40,827 nucleotides of DNA from Campylobacteraceae bacterium (lineage in GTDB: Bacteria > Campylobacterota > Campylobacteria > Campylobacterales > Sulfurovaceae), in NCBI GenBank assembly GCA_026985655.1, contig JALSQB010000080.1:1-40827 (forward strand), written 5' to 3'. Below the pieces are notes generated by a model. The model made no database searches. It was not told the DNA's origin and saw only the letters and a list, made by a program, of their open reading frames with translations. Below are positions 8,515 to 19,096 of the stretch, piece by piece; the first letter of the stretch is position 1, and the number at the start of each line of letters is the position of its first letter. A program made the position numbers and the translations under genes.

Positions 8515-9394
8515 AGCCTAAATCCTCTAATCCACCACGTGATTTTGACCAACCTTTTTTTACAGCTACGTGTAAGTCTAGGTAAATTCTTTTTCTTGAA
8601 AAGAGTTCTAGTTGCTGTCGTGCTAGTTTACCCACACGCTTAATGCCCTCACCTCTGTTTCCTACAATAATCCCTTTTTGGGTCTCTTTTTCTACAATAA
8701 TCGTGGCATATACTCTGTCAATGCCCTCTTCTTCATCGATTTTTTCAATGGTTACATCAGACTCATAAGGGATTTCATCGGAGAGATTTTCAAAAATTGA
8801 TTCACGAATGAGTTCTTTGTAAATATCACGAATAAACTCTGTGGTCGTAATATCCGTGTCATAGAGTGCAGGTGAAGCAGGAAGATGTTTTACCACTTCA
8901 TCTAGCAATGGTTTTTTACCCACTTTTTTGTTTACAGAAAAAGGAATAATGGCTTCAAATCTATCTTGATATTTTTGATACTCGCCTAATTTTTCTAAAA
9001 TTTTACCTTGTGGTACGTGATCCATTTTCGTAAGCAGTACAATATGTTTGGCTTTAGCACTCTCTTTTAAGGCTAAGAACTTTTCATACTCATCTAGCTT
9101 ATCGGTAATGGGGGCTAAAAAGAGAATTAAATCAGCATCACCCATGGCTTTGAGTGCTTCTTCAAGCATAAACTCATTGATAAGACGCTCTTTTTTATGA
9201 ATCCCTGGGGTATCGACAAAAACAAGTTGGTCATCACCGTGCATCACAATGATATTCATACGTTTTCGTGTCGCTTGGGCTTTCTTTGAGACCATTGCGA
9301 GTTTTTCACCCACTAAAAAGTTTAGAAGGGTACTTTTCCCAGAGTTTGGTCGTCCAACTACGGCAATAAAGCCTGATTTTGTTTCACTACTCAT
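8504..9394 (-). CDS. era: GTPase Era
   Basis: GRPNSGKS, DTPG, TKMD, then a KH domain (EIPY...QKGIIVG). Confidence 0.97.
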   Translation of the reverse strand: MSSETKSGFIAVVGRPNSGKSTLLNFLVGEKLAMVSKKAQATRKRMNIIVMHGDDQLVFVDTPGIHKKERLINEFMLEEALKAMGDADLILFLAPITDKLDEYEKFLALKESAKAKHIVLLTKMDHVPQGKILEKLGEYQKYQDRFEAIIPFSVNKKVGKKPLLDEVVKHLPASPALYDTDITTTEFIRDIYKELIRESIFENLSDEIPYESDVTIEKIDEEEGIDRVYATIIVEKETQKGIIVGNRGEGIKRVGKLARQQLELFSRKRIYLDLHVAVKKGWSKSRGGLEDLGYVF

Positions 9395-9396
9395 TG

Positions 9397-9849
9397 TTAT
9401 CCTAAATCTGCCCCAAAAGAGCAGTTTTCTATTTTTTGCACACGTCCTGCGTGTCGTCCACCTTCAAACTCGGTACCACAAAAAGCATCTAACATGCTCT
9501 CTACCACACCTTTACCCACCACACGTTCTCCAAAACACAAGATATTGGCATCATTATGTGCTCTGGTTGCTTGGGCTGTAAAGGCATCGTGACAAAGAGC
9601 AGCTCTAATGCCTGCTACTTTATTAGCTGCCATGGAAATACCAATGCCTGTGCCACAGATTAAAATGCCATGACTTCCTTTATCAGCAAGAACAGCCTCG
9701 GCACATTTTTTAGCAAAATCAGGGTAATCAACCCTATCGGCTGAATCAGGTCCTAAATCAATAATCTCATGTCCTAGTTCTTCAACATAAGCTTTGGTAA
9801 ACTCTTTTAGGGCATATCCTGCATGGTCGGTTGCGATGTAATATCTCAT
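9397..9849 (-). CDS. rpiB: Ribose 5-phosphate isomerase B
   Basis: TDHAG, VDYPD, ICGTGIGISMAANK, HNDAN, FEGGRH. Confidence 0.97.
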   Translation of the reverse strand: MRYYIATDHAGYALKEFTKAYVEELGHEIIDLGPDSADRVDYPDFAKKCAEAVLADKGSHGILICGTGIGISMAANKVAGIRAALCHDAFTAQATRAHNDANILCFGERVVGKGVVESMLDAFCGTEFEGGRHAGRVQKIENCSFGADLG

Positions 9850-9866
9850 CTTACTCTCTTCTTGTT

Positions 9867-10700
9867 TTAATATCTTGGTTCTTTAAGTTGTAAATCATCA
9901 ATAAATGTTCCTAGTCTATCCCAACGAACAGTTTTCGTTTCAGTATCCCAAGAGAAGTAGATAAACCAAGGTTTTCCAATGACCAATTTATAGGGTACTG
10001 AACCCCAAAAACGGCTATCGGCTGAGTTATCTCTATTGTCCCCCATCATATAATATTGGTCTTTTTCAACTTTTTTATAAAAGGCATTCATAGGCTCACC
10101 AAATTTACTCTCATAACGTGTTCCACCTAACTCTTTAACATAGATGGCTGACATATCATTAGGTCGGGTTAGTAAATTCTCAAAAGCACTATTCCCTTCT
10201 GGCTTGTATTGAATACCTCTATATTTATCCATATAAGGGTTTTCTACCCAGAGTTTCCCTCTAAATTCTTTAATTTTTTCAACTTTATACTTCGCTTTAA
10301 TATAGGCATCACCTTCAGCAAAGTGAATGTAGAGATGTTTGTCTTGATAGACTATCTCATCGCCACCTTTTGCCACACAACGTTTGACAAAGTGTGTCTT
10401 TTTATCTCCAGGATAAAGAAAAATAACAATATCTTCACGTTGAGGCTTATCACCTTCTATGAGGTGTCCATTGCCATTGAAATCTGGCACTAAGGGTATT
10501 TGTACCCAAGGAAGCATGGGAATTGGTGTTCCATAAGAGAACTTTTTAGCAAATAAAAAGTCGCCAATTTGCAAGGTTCTTTTCATAGAACCAGAAGGAA
10601 TGACAAAAGACTGCACCACAAAGAAAATAAGAAAAAAAACAATAATAAATGTCCCTGTCCATGAGCTTGAAAACCGATATAACTTTTTTAAAAATTCCAT
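9867..10700 (-). CDS. lepB: Signal peptidase I
   Basis: IPSGSM (Ser), FVKRCV (Lys), MGDNRDNSADSRFWG. Confidence 0.97.
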   Translation of the reverse strand: MEFLKKLYRFSSSWTGTFIIVFFLIFFVVQSFVIPSGSMKRTLQIGDFLFAKKFSYGTPIPMLPWVQIPLVPDFNGNGHLIEGDKPQREDIVIFLYPGDKKTHFVKRCVAKGGDEIVYQDKHLYIHFAEGDAYIKAKYKVEKIKEFRGKLWVENPYMDKYRGIQYKPEGNSAFENLLTRPNDMSAIYVKELGGTRYESKFGEPMNAFYKKVEKDQYYMMGDNRDNSADSRFWGSVPYKLVIGKPWFIYFSWDTETKTVRWDRLGTFIDDLQLKEPRY

Positions 10701-11569
10701 TAACTATCCTCTTCTTCTTTGTCATTAGCAAATGCTTTGGCAGAAACGAGTGTATTTTGAAGTAACATCGCAATGGTCATAGGTCCAACCCCACCAGGCA
10801 CTGGCGTAATGTAAGAACATTTCGGTGATACTGCTTCAAAATCTACATCACCCACTAAGCGACCATCATCTAAACGATTAATCCCAATGTCTATGACAAT
10901 TGCTCCCTCTTTTATCATGTTTTCTTTAATAAGATTGGGAACACCAACACCCACAATAACAATGTCAGCATTAAGGGTATGTTGTTTTAAATCTTTGGTA
11001 TGAATATGGGTAACGGTGACCGTTGCATTTTTATTTAACAGGAGTGATGCCATGGGTTTACCCACAATATTAGAAGCCCCAACCACCACCACATCTTTTC
11101 CCTCAAGTTCTATGTTATACTCTTCAAACATCTTCATAACACCCAAAGGGGTACAGGCAACAAAACTCTCTAAGTTTGAGACCATACGTCCTACATTGTA
11201 GGCATGAAAACCATCTACATCTTTTTTAGGCTCAATTACCTCTAAAATTTTATTGGTATCAATATGTGCAGGAAGTGGTAACTGCACCAAAATACCATGA
11301 ATATGAGGATTATTATTCATCATCGTAATGATTTCTATAATTTCATCTTGGGTAATGGTATCGGGCATTTTATGGGCAATGGAGTAAAAGCCCACTTTTT
11401 TACACGCTTTTTCTTTCATGCTTACATAGGCATGACTTGCAGGGTCATCACCCACAATTACAACAGCTAAACCAGGAACCATTCCCTGCTCTGTTTTTAA
11501 AACTTCTACTTCAGACTTAACAGTCTCTTGCACTTTTTGAGATAAGGATTTTCCATCGATAAGTTGCAT
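10700..11569 (-). CDS. folD: Bifunctional methylenetetrahydrofolate dehydrogenase/cyclohydrolase
   Basis: IDGK, LVQLPLP, KDVDGFH, CTPLG, VGKPMA, TPVPGGVGPMT. Confidence 0.98.
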   Translation of the reverse strand: MQLIDGKSLSQKVQETVKSEVEVLKTEQGMVPGLAVVIVGDDPASHAYVSMKEKACKKVGFYSIAHKMPDTITQDEIIEIITMMNNNPHIHGILVQLPLPAHIDTNKILEVIEPKKDVDGFHAYNVGRMVSNLESFVACTPLGVMKMFEEYNIELEGKDVVVVGASNIVGKPMASLLLNKNATVTVTHIHTKDLKQHTLNADIVIVGVGVPNLIKENMIKEGAIVIDIGINRLDDGRLVGDVDFEAVSPKCSYITPVPGGVGPMTIAMLLQNTLVSAKAFANDKEEEDS

Positions 11570-11636
11570 TTTTTCACTTTGAACTAATTTTTCGGTATTA
11601 TATCAAAAAATCTATTGAACAGAGGTAATCCCCATT

Positions 11637-12053
11637 TTGAAACAACTAATATTTTTAACGTTCTTGGTACTTAATCTAAATGCTTTAGATAATAAAGATG
11701 AAAATTTAACCGTTTCTACCCAAGAGAGTTTTCTCTCTTCGGTGGAGTATGGAAGAATGCTCTATAAACAACCACGGGGTATCTCCTGTTCTCAATGTCA
11801 TGGTAAAACAGGCAAAGGGGGACAAAAAATTGCCAAATATTATGACAAACATAAAAATCCAAAACTCTTAAAAGGCGTTGATATTACAACTTATTCATTA
11901 GAAGATTTAAGCCTAAGTTTAAGCAATAGATATAAAGAGAACAACAAAACCAAATATCATAAAATTATGCCTATGTATTATTTAACCAAAAAAGAGATTC
12001 AAGCTATTTTTGACTATTTACAATATTCAAATAAACAAAATTCAAATAAATAA
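11637..12053 (+). CDS. Periplasmic monoheme c-type cytochrome
   Basis: Signal peptide, CSQCH heme motif, candidate distal Met in IMPMY; divergent from folD. Confidence 0.85.
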   Translation: MKQLIFLTFLVLNLNALDNKDENLTVSTQESFLSSVEYGRMLYKQPRGISCSQCHGKTGKGGQKIAKYYDKHKNPKLLKGVDITTYSLEDLSLSLSNRYKENNKTKYHKIMPMYYLTKKEIQAIFDYLQYSNKQNSNK

Positions 12054-12064
12054 AAAAAGTAATT

Positions 12065-15000
12065 TTATCTATCTTGCTTGTAGAGAAACTCAATACTTGA
12101 AGTATTGGGTGGCTGAATAATAATATCTGTCTCAAAACTCTTTGAGTGTTCTACTTGTACTTTTACCCCATCTTTGCCATCTTTGTGTAGATAAAGTACT
12201 GAAACATTTTTTGAAACTCGCTTGCCAATTTCAATGGAAAGTTCATCTTGTGCATCTTGACCTAAGAGCAGATGGTCAATGTTTATGCCTAAACTTTTAA
12301 TCAACCCTTTGGCAAAAAGACCACCTAGAAGCGTATAGGCTTCAGCACCCTTACCAGAACTTGAACCCGTACCATCAAACAAAATTAGTGAGAGTATCTC
12401 TTGTTGGCTTAAATAGGGTTCAGAATTAAAGTTAATAATAGGAGCATCGGTCGTACCTGAAATAAAAATATGCACATTGTAGGCATCTTTTTCATAATTT
12501 GCTTTTATGTCCAAAAGAGGTTTTTTTACATCACCTGTAAAGTAGAGATGACTCTCATCTAAGATAATTTTTTTATCTTCTAAAAGATAATAGCCTTTTG
12601 TAATGGTGCTTGTTCCTGTTATCATCATCTTTTGATTATAATTTTTTAAAATAGAGAGATTATTCATAAACTCTATACTTATGTTTTCTGCAATATATTT
12701 TAATGGCTTACGACTTTTAATCTGTACATAAAGTTTTAATTTATTAAACATAGACTCTTTTTCTCGAAGCATATCTTTGACAATAATAATATCACTATCT
12801 TCAACAATATTTGAATTGCTCATTTCGTAAGTAATGGTATCACCCAATATCTCGATGTTGCCTTCAATGTTAAATTTATCTTTATCTATTTTTACTTGTA
12901 GGGCTAAATTTAAGAGCAAAGCAAAGTCTTTAGTGCTTAAAGCATACTCTGTTGCATTAACCAAGAGCGTACCTTTTAAATTGTCTAAGTTAAATGTTCC
13001 TGTAATATCTATGTTTTCATTGACCCCAAGTTTATCGATAGTTAAGAGATTATCCCTAAGCGTTAAATGAGATAAGTCATGACTATAAAATGCGTTTAAA
13101 TAACCGTTATCATCTAATTTAAATTGATAATCTTGAATTTCTATATTGACTATATTGAGCTGATTATCAATTTTAAAGGTGGTATCAATATCATAAATAT
13201 TAGTGACAGATAAATCTACCCCTCCCTCTGATAGATATTGTAATTTTGGACTTTGTAGATGTATCCATAGGCTACCATCATCGTGGAGTTGGAGTTGAAC
13301 ATTCACTTGACCTTGAATATTGGGAACTTTTATAGCATAAAACATTTTTATTTTTTCTAAAAAATCTTGAATATTAGCAATGTCAGTTTGAAAAACTAAA
13401 TTATTTTGAGCATCTCGATTAAGCGTAAACTGTTCATTATCAATAGAGATACTTCCTTCTTCAAGCATTTTATTTAGACTGTTATAGCTCATAAAAAGTT
13501 TAACTTGCTCATTCTTAGCAGAAAGAAGATAACGATGCCTGTCAAGGGTAAGCGTTCCTTGCAAGTTTTTAATGGTATCAAAATTTACTTTAGGCATCAT
13601 CATTTTTAAAACACTCTCATCTAGTAAAGTCGTTAAAAAATGAATAGCATAAGGCTCTTCAAGATTCATATTAGCTTCTATATTTACAATATTTGAGCTT
13701 ACATTTAGTGCAATATTTGATTGTGTTATATCATCAAAATCAAAAGAACTTTGACTGGTAAAACCTACTTCTTCATCTGCAAGTTCTAAAGGTAAGGCTT
13801 CTACAAACTGATTTAACTGAATATTTTTAAACTTACTTTTAAGTGATACATCTGCACGTTTATACTCAGGCATTTGTAACTCACCACTTAAAAGGTCAGA
13901 GTCAAACTGCATATTAAAATTATCTGCCGTAGCTTTATAAGTTCCTTGTAAACTAGGGGCTAAATAATTTGAAACAAATGCAGGCATGCCTTTTATCTTC
14001 TCAACATTAAGCTCTCCCTCATAACTAAATGAGCCTTTTTTATCAATGCGAACCCTATTGGTCAAACTAAAATTATCAGCATAGCTCATACTACCACTCA
14101 CATTACTCTCTACGTTTACGATGCCATCAGCATACACATAAGAGAGGTGGTGTTTAGCATTACTAATATCAAGGTTAAAATTACTTTGAATATTTAAGAG
14201 ATTTGTTAATTGATGCTCAATATCTACTTCAACTAATTGATGATTAAGATGCAAACTACTTTTTAATGTTTTTAAGGCTTTAAAATTTAGTGGCAAATGA
14301 TATTTGTCAAAAAGTTTTTTATCTAAAGTAATATCTCCTTTAGCATAAATATTAGAATCTTTAATATAAGCTCTATAATCTACTTTTCCAAAATTTGTTT
14401 GACCATTTAACTTGACTTTTTTAACATCATAGCTAAAGTTTTTGGAGGGTGAAATTACGCCATTGTAAAGGTTCAGCGTAGCATTTTTAATTTTAAAACT
14501 CCCATACTCAACAGGCTTTAATGTTCCTAAGATATGTTTGATTTTTATATCTTTTAAAAAGCCTATCGCTGGTCTATTCTTTGTATGCTTTTGTTTCCTC
14601 TTTTTGCTTAAACTATTTTTTCTTAATTGATGGCTTAATTTTGTAATGGATTTTATAGAGATGTTTTTTAATTTTAGCTCCTTAACCAACAACTGATTCT
14701 CTTTAATCTTCCCCTTAAGCTTCACATTAGCAATATCAGAATTAAATTTTAAAGCAATCAAACCTGTATTAAGCTCTAAATCTTTAGAAAGTTTTATGAC
14801 ACCTGTATCTAATTTAAAAGAAGAGAATTTCACCCCCTCATAAACATAAGGCTTAATATCAAAATGAGATTTTTTTAATATTACCTCTAAGTTTAAATTC
14901 ATAGAATTTTCTGAATTGTCTGATTTGAAATCTTTAGCCATTGACATAACATTTTTAAGTTCAATGCCTTGCACATCTATCTGGGTAATGGTCACTTTTT

Positions 15001-15256
15001 TAGAGAGTACCGTTAAAGGATTCCAATGAATTAAAGCAGAGGAAAAAAGAGGTTTATGCTTATAGCGAAGCGATGTCACTTTTAATCCGTTAAAGAGATT
15101 TCCTTCTACTTTTTCATAGCTTAACGATGATTTTTCTAAACTACTTTGAGCAATGTACTTAATGGTTCGTGAATCCGTCACCATAAAAATAAGCAGTACT
15201 ATCAACAGTAAAATCACTTCAATAATGGCTAAAAGCCAATAAATTAAGCGTATCAA
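12065..15256 (-). CDS. tamB: Translocation/assembly module TamB-like protein
   Basis: N-terminal TM anchor, long beta-rich body, DUF490-like C-terminus (FTGDVKKPLLDI...SEPYLSQQEILSLILF...EIGKR); overlaps the tamA stop. Confidence 0.8.
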   Translation of the reverse strand: MIRLIYWLLAIIEVILLLIVLLIFMVTDSRTIKYIAQSSLEKSSLSYEKVEGNLFNGLKVTSLRYKHKPLFSSALIHWNPLTVLSKKVTITQIDVQGIELKNVMSMAKDFKSDNSENSMNLNLEVILKKSHFDIKPYVYEGVKFSSFKLDTGVIKLSKDLELNTGLIALKFNSDIANVKLKGKIKENQLLVKELKLKNISIKSITKLSHQLRKNSLSKKRKQKHTKNRPAIGFLKDIKIKHILGTLKPVEYGSFKIKNATLNLYNGVISPSKNFSYDVKKVKLNGQTNFGKVDYRAYIKDSNIYAKGDITLDKKLFDKYHLPLNFKALKTLKSSLHLNHQLVEVDIEHQLTNLLNIQSNFNLDISNAKHHLSYVYADGIVNVESNVSGSMSYADNFSLTNRVRIDKKGSFSYEGELNVEKIKGMPAFVSNYLAPSLQGTYKATADNFNMQFDSDLLSGELQMPEYKRADVSLKSKFKNIQLNQFVEALPLELADEEVGFTSQSSFDFDDITQSNIALNVSSNIVNIEANMNLEEPYAIHFLTTLLDESVLKMMMPKVNFDTIKNLQGTLTLDRHRYLLSAKNEQVKLFMSYNSLNKMLEEGSISIDNEQFTLNRDAQNNLVFQTDIANIQDFLEKIKMFYAIKVPNIQGQVNVQLQLHDDGSLWIHLQSPKLQYLSEGGVDLSVTNIYDIDTTFKIDNQLNIVNIEIQDYQFKLDDNGYLNAFYSHDLSHLTLRDNLLTIDKLGVNENIDITGTFNLDNLKGTLLVNATEYALSTKDFALLLNLALQVKIDKDKFNIEGNIEILGDTITYEMSNSNIVEDSDIIIVKDMLREKESMFNKLKLYVQIKSRKPLKYIAENISIEFMNNLSILKNYNQKMMITGTSTITKGYYLLEDKKIILDESHLYFTGDVKKPLLDIKANYEKDAYNVHIFISGTTDAPIINFNSEPYLSQQEILSLILFDGTGSSSGKGAEAYTLLGGLFAKGLIKSLGINIDHLLLGQDAQDELSIEIGKRVSKNVSVLYLHKDGKDGVKVQVEHSKSFETDIIIQPPNTSSIEFLYKQDR

Positions 15257-17004
15257 AATGATTGACCAACTTGAAAGTGAATGGCTTTTTCATCAAAATT
15301 ATGAATATTTGTTCCAAAATCAATTTTAAAAGGACCAATAGGGGTTAAATAACGTAAACCAATCCCTGCTGAAGTAATAACTCTGTTTGAAAATTCCCAA
15401 ATACCTTGATTGTCTGAAATCATTGTATTATCACTAAACAAAGCACCTCTTAAATTTTTATAAAGAGGAAAATTTGTTTCTACACTTAGATTGGCTAAGG
15501 TAAATCCTCCTAGTTTACTATCTATTTTTGAAGATTTTGTAATCCCAATCTGTTCATAACCATAAGCTCTATTTGAAAAAGCACCTCCTGCAAAAAACTT
15601 TTTTGACTCAGGCAAACTGTTAGCATATACTTTAATTGAGCCTATTCGTCCAACAGCTGAAAGCGTAATGTCAGATATAGGGGTATAAATTAAACGCAAC
15701 TCCTCTTGATATTTTAGATAAGAGGTATTATTTTTTGAGTAAGTAAGCCCATACTCCATCTCATGCGAAAAGTAGATTCCATTTTTAGGATTTAGTTTAG
15801 AGTCCCTTCCATCATATACCAAACGCATAAAAGGATAAATGAGTAAATTACGTTTATTAGCACTGTTTAAATATAGCGTGTCAATTTCTTCAAAACCAAG
15901 CCCTAAACTATTGTACCATTGAGAACTTGAATGCGAAAAGTAAAGTTTGTCATAAATAATACGTTCATCAAAGGAGTGAATATTTTTCTCTTCTGCATAC
16001 CCTAAGACATTTTGTAAGTCCAGATGATAATCATCAATATCATAAACATAAGGAATAAAAAGTTTGGTCTCTGCTACCTTTTGAATGCTAGAGTAGAGTC
16101 CATTAAATAAGACCTTTTTTGCATTACCATTAAAATTTTTATATTCAGCATAAAGCTTTGCTTGTAACTTTAAATCGGTTGCATACCCCAACCCCATACG
16201 GGTATGTAGGTTTTTATGTACCTCTTTATATTTAATATTAACAGGTTTTTGGTTGTAAAACTTTCGACTATAATCTAAACTTAATTGGTCGAAACTCTCC
16301 AAAGCATAGAGAGATTCATAAGATTCTTGAATTTTACTAATATCAAAAACATCGCCCTCTTCAAAATGTAAACGTGAGCGAATAATATCATTGTCCATCG
16401 TCGAGGAATTTGTCTCAATTATCACCTTACCAAAATGACAAAGTTTTCTTTTTTGTAAATCTATCTTAATAGTCGCAGAATAGTCTTCAAGGGTTAAATA
16501 GGCTTTGGTATTTAACTTCGCACTACAATACCCTTGCGTTAGTAGTTTTTTCTTAATGGCTTGTTTCATTTCAGTAAATGCTTTAGCTCTAAAACGATTT
16601 CCCTCAACAAGCGTCACTTCATTAGTAATATCTAAATCACTCTTTAAGAGAATTTTGCTAATGATAATAGGTCTATTTTCTTGAATGCTTACTTTAATAC
16701 CACTAGGGCTTAAACGACTCGAAATATTACTCTCATAAAACCCTTCATTTTTATAAAAAAGTTCTAATGTCTCATCTAATTTTCGTTGTAGTTTAATGTT
16801 AATTTTAGCCTTATTCTCTTTCCAAAAAAGAAGAGCAGGAGGTCGCTTAGCCCCAATCATCTCTTCTAATTCATCGCTTGAGATAATCTGATTTCCCTCA
16901 AAAGTTATGGGGGTTAAAACAGAGTCAAGACGCTTAGAGAACAAACAACTTGTTAAAAGTAAAAATAGTAAAAAGTATCTATTTTTGTTTAAATTCATAT
17001 TCAA
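15253..17004 (-). CDS. tamA: TamA/BamA-family Omp85 outer-membrane protein
   Basis: POTRA-like repeats (FEGN), loop-6 motif FFAGG...RAY, C-terminal GIGLRYLTPIGPFKIDF...FQVGQSF. Alternative ATG start at 16998. Confidence 0.85.
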   Translation of the reverse strand: MNMNLNKNRYFLLFLLLTSCLFSKRLDSVLTPITFEGNQIISSDELEEMIGAKRPPALLFWKENKAKINIKLQRKLDETLELFYKNEGFYESNISSRLSPSGIKVSIQENRPIIISKILLKSDLDITNEVTLVEGNRFRAKAFTEMKQAIKKKLLTQGYCSAKLNTKAYLTLEDYSATIKIDLQKRKLCHFGKVIIETNSSTMDNDIIRSRLHFEEGDVFDISKIQESYESLYALESFDQLSLDYSRKFYNQKPVNIKYKEVHKNLHTRMGLGYATDLKLQAKLYAEYKNFNGNAKKVLFNGLYSSIQKVAETKLFIPYVYDIDDYHLDLQNVLGYAEEKNIHSFDERIIYDKLYFSHSSSQWYNSLGLGFEEIDTLYLNSANKRNLLIYPFMRLVYDGRDSKLNPKNGIYFSHEMEYGLTYSKNNTSYLKYQEELRLIYTPISDITLSAVGRIGSIKVYANSLPESKKFFAGGAFSNRAYGYEQIGITKSSKIDSKLGGFTLANLSVETNFPLYKNLRGALFSDNTMISDNQGIWEFSNRVITSAGIGLRYLTPIGPFKIDFGTNIHNFDEKAIHFQVGQSF

Positions 17005-17019
17005 TTTTTTCTAAAATTT

Positions 17020-18252
17020 CTAACGAATTTGACCATTCCCATAAATTTTAAATTTATAGGTTGTCAATTCATTGACCCCCATAGGTCCTCTTGCGTGAAG
17101 TTTATTGGTTGAAATGCCAACCTCTGCACCAAATCCAAAAACACCACCATCAGTAAAACGGGTACTTGCATTTACATACACACACGCAGCATCAATCGCA
17201 TTCATAAACTTTTCAGCTGCCCCATAATTTTCAGTAATAATGGCTTCAGAATGACCAGAACCATACTTTGTAATATGTGCCATCGCCTCTTCAATACCTG
17301 AAACAATTTTAATATTTAACTCATTGGCTAAGTACTCTGTGTTAAAATCTTCATTTGAAGCCAAATCTACAAAAATATACTCTCTGGTTTTCGCACACCC
17401 TTTTAACTTTGTTCCTCTATCTACAAAAGATTTATAGAGTCCAGGAAGTAAAATTTTAGCAATAGACTCATCAAGAATTAAAGTCTCCATAGCATTACAA
17501 ACACCTGGTCGTTGGCATTTAGCATTAAGTGCAATGCTTATTGCTTTAGCTTGACTTGCATCTCTATGAATGTAAGTATGACACAGCCCTTTGTCATGTT
17601 TAACCACAGGAACAGAGGAGTTTTTAGAGATAAATTTAATGAGTGCTTCACCCCCACGAGGTACAATTAAATCAACATAAGCATCTTCTTTAATAAGCTT
17701 AGCAACCCCTTCACGAGAAGCATCAGGAAGTAAAGAAATTATCTCTTTAGGCAAATCATTTTTAAGCAATACCTCTTGCAAAACTTTTGCAATAACTTGA
17801 TTAGAGTGTTCTGCCTCTTTTCCACCTTTTAAAATGGCAACGTTTCCACTTTTGAAACACAGAGCTGCTACATCAGAAGTAACATTTGGGCGAGATTCAT
17901 AAATTACACCAACCACACCAATAGGTACCGATACTTTTTCAATGCGTAAATTATCATCATTGACCCACCCATCAAGTACTCTTCCTACGGGGTCTTTTAG
18001 GACGGCTATTTCTCTTAAAGAGTTTGCCATAGCAAGAATGCGTTTGTCATCAAGTAACAATCTATCAAGTAAAGCCGTATCTAGCTTTAACTTTTTCCCT
18101 GCGTCCATATCTTTTTGATTTTCAGTAACAATGAGCTTACTGTTTGCCACTAACGCATCTGCCATCTCATTTAATATGCTATTTTTCGTTTTTCCGTCCA
18201 TCGTGGCAATGGTTTGTCTGCAAGCTTTTGCTTTTTGTAGAAATGTTTTCAT
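17020..18252 (-). CDS. proA: Gamma-glutamyl phosphate reductase
   Basis: IYESRPNVT, VPRGGEALI, VCNAMET, VNASTRFTDG, STNKLHARGPMG. Confidence 0.98.
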   Translation of the reverse strand: MKTFLQKAKACRQTIATMDGKTKNSILNEMADALVANSKLIVTENQKDMDAGKKLKLDTALLDRLLLDDKRILAMANSLREIAVLKDPVGRVLDGWVNDDNLRIEKVSVPIGVVGVIYESRPNVTSDVAALCFKSGNVAILKGGKEAEHSNQVIAKVLQEVLLKNDLPKEIISLLPDASREGVAKLIKEDAYVDLIVPRGGEALIKFISKNSSVPVVKHDKGLCHTYIHRDASQAKAISIALNAKCQRPGVCNAMETLILDESIAKILLPGLYKSFVDRGTKLKGCAKTREYIFVDLASNEDFNTEYLANELNIKIVSGIEEAMAHITKYGSGHSEAIITENYGAAEKFMNAIDAACVYVNASTRFTDGGVFGFGAEVGISTNKLHARGPMGVNELTTYKFKIYGNGQIR

Positions 18253-18281
18253 AATTTATTATTCCATTTTTTTTAATTTTA

Positions 18282-18872
18282 TTATATCTTCTTTGCTCTT
18301 TTATTGAGATAAACATAAAGCATACTCAACAAAACAATAATCAACAATGTTACCAAAACAATCTGATGAAGATATTCATCATTCTCTCCTACAAAATAAC
18401 CAAAAAGTGCTAAAACAGTTGCCCATATCCCTGCACCTAAAGTTGTAGAAAGCATAAACTTACCTAAATGCATAGATGAAAGTCCAGCAGGGAGTGAAAC
18501 CAACTGACGTACACCTGGTATTAGCCTTGCTACAAAAGTGGAAAATGAACCATGTTTGACAAAAAAATTCTCCATCTTCTCTAATTTTTCACTTGTAAAG
18601 AAAAAATATTTTCCAAATTTTAAAACACCCACACGCCCATATTTACGTGCTAAAAAGTAGTTAAACAAAGCACCCAATAAAGACCCAGCTGTTCCCACTA
18701 AAATGGCTAAAGTTAAATTCATCTCATCTTGAGATGCCAATATTCCAGCAGGAATCATAGCGACTTCCGAGGGAAAAGGGAAAAAAGTACTCTCTAAAAA
18801 CATCATAATAAAGATACCTAAATATCCAAATTCACGTGCTATATTTACTACAAAATCTACTATTTCATGCAT
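18282..18872 (-). CDS. DedA family membrane protein
   Basis: [29 protein letters not shown]. Confidence 0.93.
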   Translation of the reverse strand: MHEIVDFVVNIAREFGYLGIFIMMFLESTFFPFPSEVAMIPAGILASQDEMNLTLAILVGTAGSLLGALFNYFLARKYGRVGVLKFGKYFFFTSEKLEKMENFFVKHGSFSTFVARLIPGVRQLVSLPAGLSSMHLGKFMLSTTLGAGIWATVLALFGYFVGENDEYLHQIVLVTLLIIVLLSMLYVYLNKRAKKI

Positions 18873-18898
18873 TGCTCTTCTCTTATGTTAATTTTTTC

Positions 18899-18923
18899 AA
18901 TTATAGCCAAATATGCTATAATT
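18899..18923. promoter_or_regulatory. Back-to-back divergent extended -10 elements
   Basis: AATTATAGC-caaatat-GCTATAATT gives GGCTATAAT on the minus strand toward dedA and TGCTATAAT on the plus strand toward the cassette region. Confidence 0.65.
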
Positions 18924-18987
18924 TCGAAAACAAATTGATTTTTGAGGTAGAGTACATCTCCTTATAAAATAGGGGAACACTTTGTCC

Positions 18988-19065
18988 AAATATCACCATA
19001 TTCCTCTTAAAAAGGAGATAAGCGATTTTTATAAATAGAGGAACTTTTATGGTGTCTTGATATTT
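18988..19065. other. Long interrupted inverted repeat/hairpin
   Basis: Nested complementary pairs AAATATC/GATATTT, CACCATA/TATGGTG, TTCCTCT/AGAGGAA and TAAAAA/TTTTTA. Confidence 0.7.
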
Positions 19066-19096
19066 TACGATTTAAGGTGGGGAGGGATATAATGTC

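Noticed and set aside
18916-18957. 13-codon minus-strand ORF MYSTSKINLFSKL as an intI remnant
   Set aside because: No resemblance to an integrase N-terminus, and the Shine-Dalgarno abuts the ATG. Only the position is suggestive.
18929-19095. 6S RNA call for the long hairpin
   Set aside because: The closing stem and symmetric central bubble are not convincing and I recognise no 6S sequence motif; an Rfam scan is needed.
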